Below are positions 63,526-64,000 of a stretch of 64,000 nt of DNA, piece after piece. The notes beneath the pieces were generated by a model. The model had not been told where the DNA came from and did not search any database. It saw nothing but the letters and a program-made list of their open reading frames with translations. How positions within the stretch are numbered: the first letter of the stretch is position 1; every line of letters begins with the position of its first letter. The stretch comes from an uncultured cyanobacterium. Its GTDB lineage: Bacteria > Cyanobacteriota > Cyanobacteriia > PCC-6307 > Cyanobiaceae. The stretch covers positions 416,001 to 480,000 of the forward strand of contig CAVXWZ010000011.1 of NCBI GenBank assembly GCA_963765575.1, read 5' to 3'. Both the position numbers and the translations under genes were made by a program.

Positions 63526-64000
63526 GTGCACTTCCAGGACATCACCGCCACCCTCAACCGCTTCTGGGCCGAGCAGGGCTGCCTGATCCTGCAGCCCTAC
63601 GACACCGAGAAGGGCGCCGGCACCATGAGCCCCCACACGGTGCTGCGGGCGATCGGGCCCGAGCCCTGGGCCGTGGCCTACCCCGAGCCCTGCCGCCGCC
63701 CCAGCGACGGCCGCTACGGCGACAACCCCAACCGGGCCCAGCACTACTTCCAGTACCAGGTGCTGATCAAGCCCTCCCCGGACGGCATCCAGGAGACCTA
63801 CCTGGCCTCGCTGGCGGCCCTGGGCATCCGCGCCGCCGACCACGACATCCGCTTCGTGGAGGACAACTGGGAATCCCCCACCCTCGGCGCCTGGGGCGTG
63901 GGCTGGGAGGTGTGGCTCGATGGCATGGAGGTGACCCAGTTCACCTACTTCCAGCAGTGCGGCGGGCTCGACTGCCGGCCGGTGTCGATCGAGATCACCT
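63526..64000 (+). CDS. glyQ: Glycyl-tRNA synthetase alpha subunit (3' partial)
   Basis: FQDI...[50 protein letters not shown]. Confidence 0.96.
   Translation, partial: MHFQDITATLNRFWAEQGCLILQPYDTEKGAGTMSPHTVLRAIGPEPWAVAYPEPCRRPSDGRYGDNPNRAQHYFQYQVLIKPSPDGIQETYLASLAALGIRAADHDIRFVEDNWESPTLGAWGVGWEVWLDGMEVTQFTYFQQCGGLDCRPVSIEIT

Overview
GC-rich chromosomal segment of a picocyanobacterium (Cyanobium/Synechococcus-like; inferred from chlG, petP, cyAbrB, narM and nrtP). It has five parts. (1) 1-10.1 kb: nitrate assimilation and molybdenum cofactor cluster (moaD/E, moeA, moaC, narM, narB, nrtP, mobA, moaA, broken TauE-family gene) with two NtcA-like boxes. (2) 10.4-14.6 kb: cyAbrB, ybjQ, a hairpin-dense non-coding stretch, a Kir-type K+ channel, a GST-omega-like reductase, DUF2721 and tRNA-Arg(UCU). 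(3) 14.7-23.8 kb: housekeeping genes (rsmI, cysQ, pnp, rpsN, nth, rseP, serS, NifU). (4) 23.8-50 kb: a variable type IV pilus island around lepA. It holds two separate minor-pilin operons (one with a giant PilX-like protein cut by an IS5), a major pilin flanked by candidate modification enzymes (two SPINDLY/GT41-like TPR glycosyltransferases, one fused to an FkbM methyltransferase; a second FkbM; a class I methyltransferase; a 2OG-Fe(II) oxygenase), a convergent HK/RR pair and three toxin-antitoxin modules, two of them degenerate. (5) 50-64 kb: core genes (MAPEG, MBL, DppC-like, trmH, ATL, rsmB, PBP1A, chlG, petP, hisF, menG, glyQ). Frameshifts cluster in the island and are probably consensus errors. 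The best candidates for new biology are the multi-enzyme pilin-decoration locus and the putative structured RNA at about 11.37-11.69 kb. All assignments come from reading motifs; no searches were run.
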